From the NCBI GenBank assembly GCA_027604505.1, contig JADIIX010000004.1, positions 248,001 through 312,000 on the forward strand: a DNA stretch of 64,000 nucleotides, written 5' to 3'. Shown piece by piece: positions 60,107-64,000 of the stretch (its first letter is position 1; the number at the start of each line of letters is the position of its first letter). The notes below the pieces were generated by a model. It was not told the origin of the DNA. It did no database searches and saw only the letters and a list, made by a program, of their open reading frames with translations. This DNA comes from Gonapodya sp. JEL0774 (taxonomy: Eukaryota). A program made the position numbers and the translations under genes.

Positions 60107-62243
60107 CTATTTTTTCTTCCCTTTCTTGGCGCTTTTTTTGCCACTCTTGCCGCCCTGGTGCAGTACAGAGGAAGGTGATGATTCTGTGTTGTGATTTCTT
60201 CCTCCAGTTTACACACTCACCGACTTAGACTTCTTCTTGCGAATGTCTCGTCGAACACAAAAGCCCCTCCAGATGGCTTGAATCTTGGTGGCGGCAGTTA
60301 CCTTTACAGCAAGTTGACGGTCCTCTTCCTACAAGATGTGAACCAGAAAGTATAGCAGTACAAGATGACACCCCGAAGGCAACTGATGTAACACACTTTC
60401 TTCCTCTCCTCTGCTTTCTTCTTCTCCACCTGTATCCTCTCCCACTCCTTACTCATCGCACTATGCTTCTCCCTCAGCTCGTCAAGCTGCACCCTTTCTT
60501 CCCCATGTTGCCCCGCCAGATCGTCGAGCTCAACCTGCCGCTCTCCCATATCCTGGTCGTATTTATGAATCCAATTCTCAACCTCAGACTGGGTTTTGAG
60601 ATTACGTTTGCGAAGCAAGAGTTCAGCATCACGGTGAGTTGTGCGCAGGGAAGCTAGGTCTTTGGTGAGCGTTTCAATGTCAGAGACAAGGATCTTTTCC
60701 TGATAATGCAGCAAAATACGAGGAGTAGATTTGTTGACGAGAGGCGATAGATATCGAAGGATGCCCCGCGGCATCGCCCCATGCTGCTGTTGTCCGCTCA
60801 CCCTTTCAGCATAGTCCTTCAGATCTGCCTCCTCCCTCAGCTTCGACTTGATCTCTGTTTTCTTGGTCGCGTCCTCCGCCGTGTCTTTGATGTTCCGAAG
60901 CTCGTCTGTTCATCAGCGTTAGATTTCCGAAATTCGTAATAAATTCATGGCATACCCTCTCCGCCTGACAGAAAGCATACCTTTGAGTCGCCGTATAATG
61001 TCATTCTTGGCATTGATCTCGAGATTGCGCTGGTGCCTGGCCTTTTTTAGTTCTTCTTGGAGTTGTTTAACTTCGGCGGTGGTCTGTGGATTGTGAACGC
61101 GTGAGTCTAAGAGAAAAGGGGATCGCGATCGACCAATATCGAGGAGTCCAGCGCTCGGAACGTGGAAGCATTGTTTCATTCCTCGCAATCGCGAGTGTTC
61201 GAACGTTCGGTCCACCCTCGCGTGCCTTTTCATTTGTGAATTGTGCGTCGCAGTGGCATCGTTCACCCAGCTACCCCTCGCACCTTTTTTTCTCTCGCAG
61301 CAACAATCGACAACCTCTCCTCCATTTCCTTTTCCTCGTCCGCTTCCTGCCGAAGCCTCTCGAAGAGAATTCCTTTGAGCTCCTCGACGAGAGCCTCGAA
61401 GCGGGCGACTGCAGGGTGTTTCGCATGCTTGAGAAGGCGGAGCTTCGCTAACGAGTCACCATTGCGAAGGAAAATTCGTTGTACGGTGCGTGTGCTGGCA
61501 TGAAGGTGGCGAGATGCGTCAAATGCTTCGTTCTGGATTGCGGGTTGAAGAAGCAAACGCGCACAATAGTGTAGCTAAACAAACAATAAGAAGTAGGAAA
61601 AGTCACCGCACTCACACGAAAGGCTTCGGTGTTTGCTTCCGCAGCACCCCGCTCTTTCAACTCCATTAGCGAATCGAGGGCCGATTCCAGTTGGCGGTGT
61701 TCCTGTGCTCACCACGTGAATTGAGTGAAAAGATTGCGAATGAAGTTGGACCAAAAAGAGTGGCCATTTGCGACTTTTTGGGTTGGTGTGCCAACTAGTA
61801 CCAGGATTCCGAAATTCCGGATCTGGCAAGAGGGGTACACTGCCGCTCACCTGCAGCACCACAGCCAGCTCCGGCCCAAAAACGGTCGTAGCTTTTCTAT
61901 CCACGGTATCCGGAAGCATCCCCACCAGCACAACTTTCCTTTGTACTTCTTGCAAGACAGACAGTATGCGCTGAGCCTGAGGGGAAGGCAGCTTTGCAGC
62001 GAGGTTTGCAGCTTGTTCATCGTTCCAAATATCATCGGGATTTTGTTTTCCTGGGGATTGAAGTGAATTTGATGTCTGTGAAAGGCGAATGGAGTGCGAC
62101 GGTCCCCGGTTTAGAGTTGATAGCGGAGACGATGAAGACGGATTTGACGGATTTATCACTGAAAATTGCCGCTGAGATGGACCGATTGCAGGCAACGGTG
62201 GAAGCCCTAATGGTCGCGGAGTTGTTCCCGCACCATGTATCAT
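60107..62243 (-). CDS. IQCD: IQ-domain-containing protein D / dynein regulatory complex subunit 10
   Basis: AQRILSVLQEVQRKV, LRKRNLKTQSEVENWIHKYDQDM, IQ motif KIQAIWRGFCVRR and a Lys-rich tail. Confidence 0.85.
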
Positions 62244-62625
62244 TTCAGATGAGACGCGATGAGTGTTTCGTGATTTGTAGCCTTTAGCGAGCCCCCAGTC
62301 AAAATACTCTCGATCATCTATATTCTGACTCCAACCAAGATATACAAAACAAGAGTCTTATCCGAACATGTCCGTTTTTCTGCCAACACTCTGGCGGAGG
62401 AACTAGTTGCTCTCCAAAATCTTGCCGGCCAAATGATGTACTTCGTTCTTTATTCAGAACTCCTCGAATTGACAAGACGCGTAGTGCGAGCGTGATGTTC
62501 TCGATTGATTTGCAATTTTATTTCTTGTCCTTGTTCTATGCAACGTCACACTTTCTCTTCAGAACATCTTCACTACCTTGACCTTGTAAACCAATAAATC
62601 GGCAGCACCGAATCCCTCCCCCGCA

Positions 62626-63843
62626 ATGCGACGAGTTCCAGTGCTGGCGCGCACTGCCCACCCATCGCAGTCACACGTTCGAACCTCAACATCTCCGGCA
62701 CCGTCTACGCTCACATCTTCACCTTGCCGAAACCATCCGTACACGCTTCGCCTACAAACCACATCCCAACTGTCTCTTTTTGCTGGTACTATTCGTGTGC
62801 CAGTCGTTCACAATCGCCTCCTCTCCTCATCTGTGTTCCGAAGAACCCTTACATCCGCGGCTGTCGCAGAGCAACCCCTCGTCGAATCTGAAGACCGGAA
62901 TGGACACGGTATTCAGGACCCCGATGATCTCGTAAGTAGTCATGGCTTTGGAAATTCATGGCATATCGATGTAGGAGCTTGCCTACCACTGGTTTCACAA
63001 GTCGAAATGAAAAAGCGCGATCGTCGATCCGGATCCAGGCCCACCCTAGTTCAGTACGGGCTTGGTCGCTCTAGAATGTAGCTTCTCTGAAAAGCGATTT
63101 TCTACGAACTTCAGAGCGCGAGCTGGCTAAGCGGCGCGAACAGCGGTGCTCGCTCGAACTCTGCACATGAGTCACTGCAACCCAGCCATCCATAGAATTT
63201 TTCACACGTGACTCTGATGAACTCGAAGTGGAAGACATTTGCAGGACTCGAGCGCGGTTCAATGGCGTTGTTCCCGGCTTTGGATAGCTCCGTAATCCAT
63301 AGCATGAGTCAAAACTGACCCGGTTCGAGCGAAGCGTTGCTGGGTACGGTGGATGCTATTGAATTTGTATGGACTATTAGGGACATTGCTATTCGGGGGG
63401 AACCATCTGCGCCCATTTGGAACCAGGAAGATCGATGTTGGAAAATCGCTTGAAGTGATCGCAAGCGGAAAATCGCTCAGGCGACCGTGCTTGCGTTCAC
63501 CTCCTTTTGTTGGCATTTTGGTCCATGTGCTGTGCTTTTCCGCACCTGAATTGCAACGTAATCGTTTGACAGTCCCGTTCACCATGCGTTCCACAGCACC
63601 GCATCTCCCTCATCCGCAACATTGGTATCTCCGCTCACATTGACTCGGGGAAAACAACATTGACGGAGCGCGTTCTGTTCTATACTGGACGCATCGGGCG
63701 CATTCACGAAGTTCGTGGCAAAGATGCGGTGGGGGCGAAGATGGACTCGATGGAGCTCGAGAGGGAGAAGGGTATTACCATCCAAAGCGCGGCAACGTAT
63801 GCGACGTGGAAGGGTTGGGCGCTCAATATTATTGATACACCGG
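62626..63843 (+). CDS. MEF1: Mitochondrial elongation factor G1, 5' part only (continues beyond the window)
   Basis: Presequence-like exon 1; exon 2 reads [27 protein letters not shown]...[19 protein letters not shown]...NIIDTPG. Confidence 0.92.
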
Positions 63844-64000
63844 GTGAGTTCGGTTTGGAATGATAGAATGGGAGGGGTCTTTCCAACACATCCAGGAACT
63901 GTCATCTGGGATGATACGCATACTCTCATTTGAAATGAAATGGTGGTCTTTCAGGAAAATAAAGATCTCCCAACGAGCCACCAAACGATTCTAAGCAATT

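Overview
Gene-dense, intron-rich eukaryotic DNA, most likely from a zoosporic (chytrid- or monoblepharid-like) fungus. This is inferred from a Zn(II)2Cys6 transcription factor occurring together with two flagellar nexin-dynein regulatory complex genes (GAS8/DRC4, IQCD/DRC10) and animal-shared genes (INTS11, TBC1D7, SETD3-like). I reconstructed about 21 spliced gene models by hand; exon boundaries and some starts are approximate. The first ~4.7 kb is a CpG-depleted, decayed block containing a coiled-coil repeat pseudogene. The most notable region is a candidate catabolic gene cluster at ~34.3-46.1 kb. It holds a degenerate SDR, an XylD-type IlvD/Edd sugar-acid dehydratase, a coiled-coil protein, a crotonase, and a Zn2Cys6 regulator divergently paired with a bacterial-type cyclase-family hydrolase; two of its promoters share a CGG motif. 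Other observations: frequent AAG and GAG 3' splice sites, a high-GC island whose introns are G-rich at the 5' end and C-rich at the 3' end, and two genes built by tandem exon+intron duplication. I saw no rRNA, tRNA, CRISPR array or intact mobile element.
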